From Candidatus Eutrophovita brisbanensis (GTDB taxonomy: Bacteria; Pseudomonadota; Gammaproteobacteria; Burkholderiales; Eutrophovitaceae): a stretch of DNA of 64,000 bases. Shown piece by piece: positions 9,304 to 17,988 of the stretch. The DNA is taken from the NCBI GenBank assembly GCA_038147395.1, contig JAYQTM010000001.1:577437-641436 (forward strand), in the 5' to 3' direction. Position numbers and translations under genes: made by a program. The first letter of the stretch is position 1; every line of letters begins with the position of its first letter. The notes below the pieces were generated by a model. That model made no database searches. It saw nothing but the letters and a program-made list of their open reading frames with translations, and had not been told where the DNA came from.

Positions 9304-10143
9304 ATGCGAAAAATATCTCTCATTTTGATTTGTGGGGCTCTCGCCTCATTTGTCGCGAAAGTAGTTTTCGCTGAGAACGAGGAATTCTCAGATTGTGAGG
9401 CTTGCCCTAAACTTTTGAAAGTTCCGGCAGGGTCATTTGAGCTGAGAAATGCGCCGTGGGGTCCAGGCCATCCTCACGATGAGGGTTTTTTTTATCGCGT
9501 TACCTTTTCTGACTCGTTTTATATCGGAAAATACGAGGTGACCGTTCGAGAGTGGGGTTTGTGTGTTCTCGACGGAAAGTGCGCTGACGTGCCTTCTTCT
9601 AGCGAAAATAAAGAATCGTATCCGGTTACAGACGTTACGTGGTCTCAAGCAAGCAGTTATACGAAATGGTTGACTGAAAAGACGGGTTTCAAATATCGCT
9701 TACCCTCGAACGCTGAGTGGGAGTATGCCGCGCGCGCTGGGTTGGGAATGAATCGCTATTTTGATATTCCGATGAGTGAGTTGTGTCAATACGCGAACAC
9801 CTTCGATCAGTCGGTTCTATCGGATTTTCCTGTTCAAGATGAGTTAACCCCATGCGACGATGGCTTTGCTGAAATCGCTCCGATAGGGAGTTTTGCGCCG
9901 AATTCATTTGGGCTTTATGACACACTTGGAAACGTCTCAGAATGGACAGAGGACTGTGCGAGCCCAGATTGGAGAGGTGCCCCTCCAGATGGAAAGTCGT
10001 GGCTTGATGGAGATTGCTCGTTGCGTGGTTATCGAGGAGGGTCGTATTTAAGCAATGAGCCGTATTATCTCGTGGAATCGCATCGTTTTAGATATCCAGG
10101 TTTAGGAGCTCAGGATCTAGGATTTCGCGTACTACGTGAGTAG
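9304..10143 (+). CDS. Secreted FGE-sulfatase-fold (SUMF1/EgtB/PvdO family) protein lacking the FGE catalytic Cys pair
   Basis: Signal peptide MRKISLILICGALASFVAKVVFA. Family motifs YRLPSNAEWEYAARAG, GNVSEWTEDC, RGGSY. Confidence 0.85.
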   Translation: MRKISLILICGALASFVAKVVFAENEEFSDCEACPKLLKVPAGSFELRNAPWGPGHPHDEGFFYRVTFSDSFYIGKYEVTVREWGLCVLDGKCADVPSSSENKESYPVTDVTWSQASSYTKWLTEKTGFKYRLPSNAEWEYAARAGLGMNRYFDIPMSELCQYANTFDQSVLSDFPVQDELTPCDDGFAEIAPIGSFAPNSFGLYDTLGNVSEWTEDCASPDWRGAPPDGKSWLDGDCSLRGYRGGSYLSNEPYYLVESHRFRYPGLGAQDLGFRVLRE

Positions 10144-10398
10144 TGGATATCAAGGTGCTGTTTGTGCGTGACCTCATATTCGTATTGCGTCTTTGGCGAG
10201 ACGAAAATTAATTAGTGCTAGCGGTTTAAAATAAATCTTGGATCAGTTACAGTAAGTCATGTTTGTGGTGGCAAACAAAGATTACTTCTACAGTTCGTGG
10301 TCACAGGTTCCAGGATGCTAGTGAGTCTTGAACATTGTATTGTTACCTAACGCTTGGTATGGGTAAGCCGAGGAATCAAGAGACTTGATCGATACAAG

Positions 10399-11760
10399 AT
10401 GTCAAATGGTGTAGTCCCACCGAGTCTACTTCGTCGTAGCCGCCACGCCTGGTTTAGTCCACGGCTATGGTTGCGAAGAATTACGCTTTGGCTAGGTGCG
10501 GTTTTAGTGGGTATTGTCGCCATCGCATTCGCGATAAGTGCCGAGAGCGCGAATTCATTGCACCAAAGAATGGTCGAGTTTTCTCCGCTCTTGCCGTTTG
10601 TGGTGGGGCCTTTGGGTCTCGCGACTGTGGTGTGGCTCACCCGAAAATTCTTTTCTGGCTCCCAAGGAAGTGGAATTCCCCAAACGATCGCAGCAATCAA
10701 CACCGAAGATGAGAATAAACGGAGTAACTACCTTTCCATAAAACTAGCTTTTGGAAAATTTTTGCTTACTGTATTGGGACTTTTTTCTGGCGCATCGGTC
10801 GGTCGAGAGGGGCCTACAGTTCAAATTGGCGCGTCGATCATGCAGTCGCTCGGTCGGCTAACGCGTTTCTCTCGGGTAGAAACAAAACGAGGTTTGATCC
10901 TCGCGGGTGGAGCTGCTGGCGTCGCTGCCGCTTTCAACACACCGTTGGCCGGCATTGTTTTTGCGATCGAAGAGATGAGCCGCAATTATGAAAGCCGCAC
11001 GAGCGGTACTGTTCTCACATCGGTGATTGTGGCGGGTATTGTTTCGATATGGTGGCTGGGGGACTACACTTATTTTGGAGTGACATCAGCGGTACTCTAT
11101 GGGTCTAAAGCTTGGTTGCCAGTTTTGATTTGTGGTGTTGTCGGTGGTGTTTTAGGTGGTGCCTTTAGCCAATTTCTTATTTTTATTTCCAGGGGGGTCC
11201 CAGGAAAAGTCGGTAGGTTTATTCGCGAGAAACCAGTATTATTTGCCGCAATTTGTGGATTTGTTCTCGCGGTCATAGGCACGGTATCAGGTAGCTCGAC
11301 GTATGGTACGGGGTATCACGAGGCTCGGCTGATTCTGGAGGGGTCTGATCAGGTACCGGAGTCGTTTGGTATCCTCAAATTACTGGCAACTTTGGTCGCG
11401 TACATTAGTGGTATTCCCGGTGGAGTATTCGCACCGTCACTGGCAGTTGGTGCCGGTCTCGGCCAAAACATAGCGACACTCATGCCGTACGCACCGCTCG
11501 GTGCTGTTGTCGTTCTGGGGATGGTGGCATATTTTGCTGGAGTGGTTCAGGCGCCTGTTACTGCTTTTGTCATCGTGATGGAGATGACAGACAACCATGA
11601 CATGATTGTGCCGTTGATGGCCGCATCCTTGTTGGCAGCCGGATGTTCGAAAGTTGTATGTCAAAGACCCCTATACAGGGCATTGGCAGACCAGTTCATC
11701 AACGACGGCGAAGACTCTCGGTCGGAGAAAGATGCTTCGGGTCCGTCATTCAAACGATAA
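10399..11760 (+). CDS. ClC-family chloride channel / H+-Cl- exchanger
   Basis: Selectivity-filter motifs GSGIP, GREGP and GIPGGVFAPS. Polytopic, with no CBS domains. Start is uncertain: ATG 10399 versus the track's TTG 10354. Confidence 0.85.
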   Translation: MSNGVVPPSLLRRSRHAWFSPRLWLRRITLWLGAVLVGIVAIAFAISAESANSLHQRMVEFSPLLPFVVGPLGLATVVWLTRKFFSGSQGSGIPQTIAAINTEDENKRSNYLSIKLAFGKFLLTVLGLFSGASVGREGPTVQIGASIMQSLGRLTRFSRVETKRGLILAGGAAGVAAAFNTPLAGIVFAIEEMSRNYESRTSGTVLTSVIVAGIVSIWWLGDYTYFGVTSAVLYGSKAWLPVLICGVVGGVLGGAFSQFLIFISRGVPGKVGRFIREKPVLFAAICGFVLAVIGTVSGSSTYGTGYHEARLILEGSDQVPESFGILKLLATLVAYISGIPGGVFAPSLAVGAGLGQNIATLMPYAPLGAVVVLGMVAYFAGVVQAPVTAFVIVMEMTDNHDMIVPLMAASLLAAGCSKVVCQRPLYRALADQFINDGEDSRSEKDASGPSFKR

Positions 11761-12885
11761 GCATTGTGGTGATAGTTCTTTCAAACTTTTGATTCCCAGT
11801 AGACCCATTGTTAGGTCTATTTCTTGCGTCAAGATATCAATGGATCGTTCGACTCCAGTTTGCCCAGCGGCAGCTAGCCCGTATAACCAAGGCCTGCCAA
11901 GCATGCACGCGCTGGCGCCAAGCGCCATTGCTTTTACAATGTCCGACCCCCGACGTATTCCTCCATCCAGTATCACCGTGAAGTTCTCATCAACTTGAGC
12001 TTTAATTTTCGGTAACGCCTTGATCGCCGAAATGGCTCCATCCAATTGTCTTCCTCCGTGGTTGGACACAATTACCCCGTCCACACCAATACTTTCTGCT
12101 TTTTTGGCATCCTCAGGCGACAAGATGCCTTTGATTAAAAGGGGCCCCTCCCACTGTTCTTTGAACCAGGCGATATCATTCCAGCTAACTGACAAATCCC
12201 ACTGGGTACGAATGAATTCGGTAATTGACATCACGCTGTCTGCATTGATGCTTGTATTTTCAAAATTACGATATTTGACTTTTCGACCCATCGCCACATT
12301 GAATAACCACCTCCAATGGACGATAAAGTCAACAATGGTGCGTGCAGTGAACTTTGGTGGAACAACAAAACCGTTCCGGATGTCCTTTTCCCGAGCACCT
12401 TGTAATTTTGTATCCACCGTGACAACTAACGCACCACAGTTTGTTGCTTTTGCGCGGTTGATGAATTCGCGAGTGAGCCCCCTGTCTCTAAGCACATAAA
12501 GCTGGAACCAATGAGGGGCGGGCGCGCTTTCAGTGATTTCTTCAATGCTGCATGTCGCTACGGTGGATAGGCAATACGGAATATTTTTGTTGCGTGCCGC
12601 TTTCGCGGCTCCGATCTCCCCTTTGTTCCAGAGAAGCCCTGCCAGGCCCGTTGGGGCGAGGATGAATGGAGATGAATGTTTGAATCCCAATATTGTGGTT
12701 TCTTGAGAGCGTTTTGTTATATCTGTCAAAACGCGCGGTACCAAATATATGGATCTTAAATCTCGATTATTGTTGGTGAGGGTGATTTCGTCTTGGGCAC
12801 CCCCGTCGATGAATTCGAAAATTGATTTGGGTAGCCGTTTCTTCGCACTGGCTCTGAGCTCTTCAATGTTGATCGCAGTATTCAT
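11746..12885 (-). CDS. FMN-dependent alpha-hydroxy acid dehydrogenase/oxidase (LldD / glycolate oxidase family)
   Basis: SNHGGRQLDG, WFQLYVLRDRG and N-terminal MNTAINIEELRASAKKRLPKSIFEFIDGGA align with LldD. ATG at 12885 chosen; the track's 13026 start would run into the neighbouring gene. Confidence 0.85.
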   Translation of the reverse strand: MNTAINIEELRASAKKRLPKSIFEFIDGGAQDEITLTNNNRDLRSIYLVPRVLTDITKRSQETTILGFKHSSPFILAPTGLAGLLWNKGEIGAAKAARNKNIPYCLSTVATCSIEEITESAPAPHWFQLYVLRDRGLTREFINRAKATNCGALVVTVDTKLQGAREKDIRNGFVVPPKFTARTIVDFIVHWRWLFNVAMGRKVKYRNFENTSINADSVMSITEFIRTQWDLSVSWNDIAWFKEQWEGPLLIKGILSPEDAKKAESIGVDGVIVSNHGGRQLDGAISAIKALPKIKAQVDENFTVILDGGIRRGSDIVKAMALGASACMLGRPWLYGLAAAGQTGVERSIDILTQEIDLTMGLLGIKSLKELSPQCLSFE

Positions 12886-12953
12886 GGTTACGTGACGTTG
12901 GTTATTTAAGTTATGTGCTACCTCACAGTTTGATCGATTTCGGTGAGCGAATG

Positions 12954-14348
12954 TTAAAAAAGTGGGGTCCGATGATGCTTGGCTTTCATTAAGTCCTCTA
13001 AATAAAGTGAGGGAACCATTTCCCACGAAATATCAATCAGTTCGTTGGTGAGTTCTTGAGTTAGGTCGGGATATTTTGATGCCACGTTTATTTTTGCTAA
13101 AGGGTCATTCTCTGTGTCGTACAGTTCGACTCTGTAAGGGAGTGACCCTCGACTCACTAATTTCCATTTTCCATGGATGATGCCGCCACCAAACTCGTTG
13201 ATGTTGATTATCGTTGACTGTCTCACCTCACTCTTACGGTTAATCAATAGTGGCCATATGTCAACGCCATCAAGGGGTTTGACTTGCGATTGACGGTCAG
13301 TGGAAGCGCCTGCGATATTTAAAAGTGTTGCGTAAACATCAACAGCGTGGACAAGATATGGAGAGGTCCCGTGAGTAATCTTGCCTGGCCACGACCAAAT
13401 TACACGTGGTCGGATATATTCTTCTTTGAGGCAGCCTGGTGACAGTTCTAAACGTTCTGATGCTGTCGCGCAAGCTAACTCTTTGAATCCTAGTTGATTT
13501 CCCGATTGGAAAACGATTAGCGTGTTGTCAAGGAGATTTGATGATTTTAGGGCCTTCAAAATTTGACCTAGAGCGTGATCAATCGAGAGATTATCCGCAC
13601 GACTATTGGCTTGGTCTGTATTTTTTACCGTTGGGGCCTCCGAGTCAAAGTCATCGTGGTTTGTTTGAGCAAGGTTGGGTGAACTAAAGCTCACGAACAA
13701 AAATAACGGCTCTTTTGGCGAAGACTTTGTGATGAAGAGAGCTGCTTCTCTACCTATCAACTCGGGAACGGACTCAGGTGAGTCTACCTGTCTCTCGTCA
13801 TGGAACCAGTCTTTTTGGCCACGCAGATCGAGTTTTTGAATGTCCGCGTTCAATGGCGTGAGGTGGCCTCGAAAGTGATCAAAACCTCGATGTGTCGGTA
13901 AAAATGAACGTTGCGAATGACCCAAAAGCCAAGAGCCAAAAAAAGCTGTTTTATAGCCGGCGAGATTCAGCGCTTGTGACAGCAGACGCTCGTCTGGTGC
14001 AAGCCCGTAAGTACTCCATGGAAGGACAGATCCTGTTTGAAACCCGAGACGAAAGGGGTAGCGGCCTGTCAGAGCTGCCGCCCTCGATGCAGATGCGCCT
14101 GGCGGGCTGTAAAAACGGGTGAAAGTCACTCCTGACTTAGCCAGGCTTTCGATATTGGTCGCTCTACCTGATTGAGTCGATTTTAACCCCACTTCTCGCC
14201 CAGTTGGCGTGTCGGAGAGAATATAGACGATATTTGGTCTGTCAGACGCGTACGTGTTGCTAAGAGATGCTGCTTGTATCAGAGCACTCGTGAAGACAAT
14301 CGTGATTGCTGACGTGAGCAATTTATTGTTAAGAACGCGGAACTTCAT
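12954..14348 (-). CDS. Exported sulfatase-fold (arylsulfatase B-like) protein with degenerate active site (probable pseudoenzyme)
   Basis: Signal peptide MKFRVLNNKLLTSAITIVFTSALIQAASL. Collinear with arylsulfatases (PNIVYILSD..., RAAALTGRYP, AGYKTAFFGSWLLG, HRGFDHF), but the C-x-P-x-R motif reads A-S-A-S-R (14082-14096). Confidence 0.8.
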   Translation of the reverse strand: MKFRVLNNKLLTSAITIVFTSALIQAASLSNTYASDRPNIVYILSDTPTGREVGLKSTQSGRATNIESLAKSGVTFTRFYSPPGASASRAAALTGRYPFRLGFQTGSVLPWSTYGLAPDERLLSQALNLAGYKTAFFGSWLLGHSQRSFLPTHRGFDHFRGHLTPLNADIQKLDLRGQKDWFHDERQVDSPESVPELIGREAALFITKSSPKEPLFLFVSFSSPNLAQTNHDDFDSEAPTVKNTDQANSRADNLSIDHALGQILKALKSSNLLDNTLIVFQSGNQLGFKELACATASERLELSPGCLKEEYIRPRVIWSWPGKITHGTSPYLVHAVDVYATLLNIAGASTDRQSQVKPLDGVDIWPLLINRKSEVRQSTIININEFGGGIIHGKWKLVSRGSLPYRVELYDTENDPLAKINVASKYPDLTQELTNELIDISWEMVPSLYLEDLMKAKHHRTPLF

Positions 14349-14466
14349 CTTGCCGAGTATATCCGAAGATGTCAGCACAAAACGTCGGTTCAAAATATTT
14401 TCGTATCGCAAAAAAGAACGGCCGGGGCCAAGTTAATGGCTTTCCATTGAGGTACAATTCGCCGCT

Positions 14467-16065
14467 ATGTCTCGTTTAATGTCACTAGAAAACTTAGTTC
14501 TTCAGGTCACGCGTCGCGCTAGGTTAGTAAGCGTTATCAGCGAAACTAGTTTCTTTGTAGCAGTCTCTTTATTTGCGGCCTCAGTTCTGTGGGTAGTAGC
14601 TAAGTGGTTCCCTTTTTTCGGAACTCCCTCGTTTGTGGTCTTGTGTCTCGTCACCGGTGTTTGTGTCGGTGTGTTTGTTATCGCTATTGCGTGGAGGCGT
14701 GTCTCAGAAATCGATGCGTTGCGTCTTGTCGACTCGAAGATGATGTCACGTGATCAAGCTCGGAGTGCCCTTTGGTTCTCTCGGCAAGACGAATTCTCTA
14801 GAGATACGTTAGAGCACTCGTTTATCAGAGAGCACGTCGTTGATGCCAATCAACGTGCAGCGACAATTAACTCTCGAGAAGTCGTGCCGTTCAAATATCC
14901 GGACACACTTAACCTGGCAATTTTAGCGGCTCTCTTGTTCGTCGCATCAATTTACGCCACTGAGTCTATCGTTGTGGCTGAAACCGTTAAATCGTCGCAG
15001 GAGATTGTTAGATCAGGATTGACTCAAGATCGTTCGAACGAGGATGTTTTGCTTGATAAAACTGGAATCGAGGAAATTGACCAAGCGATTGAGGCGATAG
15101 AAGCATCAGATTTGCCATATCAGGCAAAAAAAGAAGCCATACGAAAAGCGAAAGAAGCGATTGACCAGATCAATATGGATGCGCTTTTGACGCGAGAGGG
15201 AATATCGAAATTGTCACAGGTCTTGATTAACCAAGACGGGTTCCAAGAAATTGGTGAGGCTTTGAAGCAGGGTCGGATACAAGAGGCGATTGACATGCTT
15301 CGTGAGAAGCAAAAAGAGCTCGAGAGTGCCGAGGATTCACAAGGCGGAGAGACGAATGATGATGATCAGCAGACTGCGAGTATCGATAGGACCGAGGGAA
15401 TTGTGAACTCCGACTTGGGTGACAATGCGAGAGATACGATGAATGAGGTGGGTCAGCCTGACCCGAATAATGTTACTCGACTGATAGAGAATTTGGAACA
15501 GGCGCAGCAAGATATGGAAAGTCAGCAAAGAGCGAATACAGCTGGCGCTCGTATGGAAGAAATGGGAGAGAGAATCGGTGCGGTACAAACGTCTGCAAGT
15601 GACATGGGAGGTCGACTGTCAACTTGGGAGGATCAGGCGAGTGAAGCGAGTGGTACACCCTCTCCAGACTCGGGAAACAACGACATGTCTGGAGGGTCGA
15701 TGTTTCGAAAAGGGACTGTGACGCCGAATGAAAAAGACGAGGGCGATGATGGGAGTTCGACTGGTGCGCCCGATGGACATGCTGCCGCACAAGCGATTGA
15801 AGGAAGAATGACCGAGCGACTGGAGGACGCGATTCTCAAGCTCGTTAAAACTAAGATTGAAGCAGATGATAGTGAAGAGAACGATGAATCCGCTTGGGAG
15901 TTTCAGACGAGCAAGAAAGGGGAGTCGACGACCGAGTTGGCTCAGCAAGTCGATCGAGCGAAATATGGTGTGTCGCAATCTATGGATGTTGAGTTTGTGT
16001 CAGTCGAGCGAAAACAGTCGGTTAAAAAATATTTCATTGAGTTACATGAGGGGACAAAAGAATGA
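14467..16065 (+). CDS. Hypothetical membrane protein with long acidic coiled-coil-like domain; first gene of MoxR/VWA operon
   Basis: 532-aa ORF. Three hydrophobic helices in the first ~165 aa, followed by E/D/Q-rich sequence (EAIEAIEASDLPYQAKKEAIRKAKEAIDQ...). Its stop overlaps the MoxR start (ATGA at 16062-16065). Confidence 0.7.
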   Translation: MSRLMSLENLVLQVTRRARLVSVISETSFFVAVSLFAASVLWVVAKWFPFFGTPSFVVLCLVTGVCVGVFVIAIAWRRVSEIDALRLVDSKMMSRDQARSALWFSRQDEFSRDTLEHSFIREHVVDANQRAATINSREVVPFKYPDTLNLAILAALLFVASIYATESIVVAETVKSSQEIVRSGLTQDRSNEDVLLDKTGIEEIDQAIEAIEASDLPYQAKKEAIRKAKEAIDQINMDALLTREGISKLSQVLINQDGFQEIGEALKQGRIQEAIDMLREKQKELESAEDSQGGETNDDDQQTASIDRTEGIVNSDLGDNARDTMNEVGQPDPNNVTRLIENLEQAQQDMESQQRANTAGARMEEMGERIGAVQTSASDMGGRLSTWEDQASEASGTPSPDSGNNDMSGGSMFRKGTVTPNEKDEGDDGSSTGAPDGHAAAQAIEGRMTERLEDAILKLVKTKIEADDSEENDESAWEFQTSKKGESTTELAQQVDRAKYGVSQSMDVEFVSVERKQSVKKYFIELHEGTKE

Positions 16066-17057
16066 GTGCTAATGCTGAGCAGCAAATCAAAGTATTCCAA
16101 GAAAGATTTCAAGGCGTTGTAGATGAGGTCTCCAAAGTTATCGTTGGGAATAAAGACGTGATTGCCAACGTGCTCACGTGTTTATTGGTTCGTGGACATG
16201 TTCTTCTTGAGGGGATCCCAGGGGTCGGTAAAACCAAGCTCGTTCAAACTCTGTCCGATGTCACTGATCTGAGTTTCTCCAGAATTCAGTTCACTCCGGA
16301 CCTAATGCCAGGAGACATCATTGGATCCAACATTGTTCGTGAGACCGAGGGCGGCAACAAGTCATTTGAATTCCAACAAGGCCCAGTATTTGCGAACATG
16401 TTGCTCGCAGACGAAATCAATCGAGCAACCCCGAAGACGCAGTCGGCGCTACTAGAAGCAATGCAGGAGAACAGTGTTTCTGCTGGGGGAGAAACTCACA
16501 AACTTGACCAACCATTTTTTGTGTTGGCAACTCAAAACCCGATTGAAATGGAAGGCACTTATCCCCTTCCGGAAGCTCAGATGGATCGATTCTTATTTAA
16601 ATTGAGACTCTCTTTTCCTGAGGCTGGTGAGCTGCTAACGATTGTCGATCGTACGACGCAACAGGACGAGATTCCGGTCCAGCAGATTATAGGCAAGAGT
16701 GAGATCTTGCAGATGAGGGATGTCGCAAGGGCGGTGCCCATCGCGGAGCCGGTGATGCAATATGCGATCGCAATCGCACTCGGCAGTCATCCTGAGAGCG
16801 AGTCAGGCCATCCGCTTGCCAAACAGTATGTTCGTTTTGGTTCCAGTCCTAGGGGTGTTCAATCTCTAGTGCTCGGAGCAAAGGTGAATGCGCTTCTCAA
16901 TGGAAGGTCCTATGTCAGTGGCGAGGACGTTCGAGATGTCGCTCTACCTGCCTTGAGGCATCGTGTGTTGATTAACTTTGAAGCTGAGGCTGAGAAAATA
17001 GACCCCGATCACATTCTGACCGAGATCTTGCGTGACCTTGATGTCCCAAAAAATTAA
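16062..17057 (+). CDS. MoxR-family AAA+ ATPase
   Basis: Walker A LEGIPGVGKTKL and Walker B LLADEINRATPKTQSALLEAMQE. The 331-aa size and the C-terminal lid are typical of MoxR. Confidence 0.92.
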   Translation: MSANAEQQIKVFQERFQGVVDEVSKVIVGNKDVIANVLTCLLVRGHVLLEGIPGVGKTKLVQTLSDVTDLSFSRIQFTPDLMPGDIIGSNIVRETEGGNKSFEFQQGPVFANMLLADEINRATPKTQSALLEAMQENSVSAGGETHKLDQPFFVLATQNPIEMEGTYPLPEAQMDRFLFKLRLSFPEAGELLTIVDRTTQQDEIPVQQIIGKSEILQMRDVARAVPIAEPVMQYAIAIALGSHPESESGHPLAKQYVRFGSSPRGVQSLVLGAKVNALLNGRSYVSGEDVRDVALPALRHRVLINFEAEAEKIDPDHILTEILRDLDVPKN

Positions 17058-17109
17058 ACCCATCGAATCATTTAGTTGGTGCACTTGGTTTAATTAAGAC
17101 GATATTTTC

Positions 17110-17988
17110 ATGAGTACATTATTGTCCAAAGAATTTCTTCGTCGGTTAGACGGGATCTCTATGTTGTTGAGAAAACCTGTCGCCGGACATTTACGAGGAC
17201 AGCATCGCTCGAAAAGAACCGGATTTGGAATGGTATTTGCTGATTATCGCCCTTATTCTCCTGGGGATGATGTTCGTAATTTGGATTGGGCGACGTACAT
17301 GCGCTTGGATCGACTGGTGCTGCGTATGTTCGAGGAAGAGGCCGATACACCTATCTATATATTTATCGACAACAGTGCTTCGATGGGTGTAGGGGATAAC
17401 ACAAAGTTTCAGATAGCTAAAAAATTTGCTGCTGTTCTCGCGTACGTTGGCTTATTGAACCATGATCGAGTCAGTCTGATTTCTTTTGCTGATGGCGTAT
17501 TGAAAGAGATGCCTGGTAGACGCGGTAAAAACCAAATGTGGCGAGCGATGCATTTCCTCGAATCATTGAATACAGGTGGGCAAACAAACATTGAGAGTAC
17601 CTTTAGACGGTTCTTTGGGGGCGGACGAACTCGTGGCCTTGTGTTTGTCGTGTCTGATTTTTTGGTGCCAGAGAATCTAGAGCAGAGTTTTAAGCCCATC
17701 ATGCAACATGGGCATGACGTGTTCGCCGGGCATCTCATTTCCCCGGAGGAGTCTGATCCAGAGCTTGTTGGCCAAGTAGCCCTTCTTGATTCCGAGACGG
17801 GGGAAACGATCGATACACACATCACGCAACAAACCCTAGCGCAGTATCGCGAGGTCTTTAAATCACATTGCACCGAGACCCAGCAATTTTTTCGTCGATC
17901 GGGTTGGGGCTACGTGCCGTTGAGGTCGGATGTTGATTTCGAGGCATCTGTGTTGACAGCGATGAAACAAGAGGGCTTGTTTCGATGA
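17110..17988 (+). CDS. DUF58 protein (VWA-like, MoxR partner)
   Basis: Signature FADYRPYSPGDDVRNLDWATYMRLDRL and MIDAS-like IYIFIDNSASMG. Immediately downstream of MoxR. Confidence 0.88.
   Translation: MSTLLSKEFLRRLDGISMLLRKPVAGHLRGQHRSKRTGFGMVFADYRPYSPGDDVRNLDWATYMRLDRLVLRMFEEEADTPIYIFIDNSASMGVGDNTKFQIAKKFAAVLAYVGLLNHDRVSLISFADGVLKEMPGRRGKNQMWRAMHFLESLNTGGQTNIESTFRRFFGGGRTRGLVFVVSDFLVPENLEQSFKPIMQHGHDVFAGHLISPEESDPELVGQVALLDSETGETIDTHITQQTLAQYREVFKSHCTETQQFFRRSGWGYVPLRSDVDFEASVLTAMKQEGLFR

Noticed and set aside
10144-10398. Fluoride or other riboswitch upstream of the ClC gene
   Set aside because: I could not find the conserved crcB-motif elements. The channel has the canonical chloride-type GSGIP/GREGP/GxFxP filter rather than a ClC-F-type filter.
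12020-12499. 159-aa plus-strand ORF (and 11654-11998)
   Set aside because: Antisense to the well-supported LldD-like gene, with no motifs.
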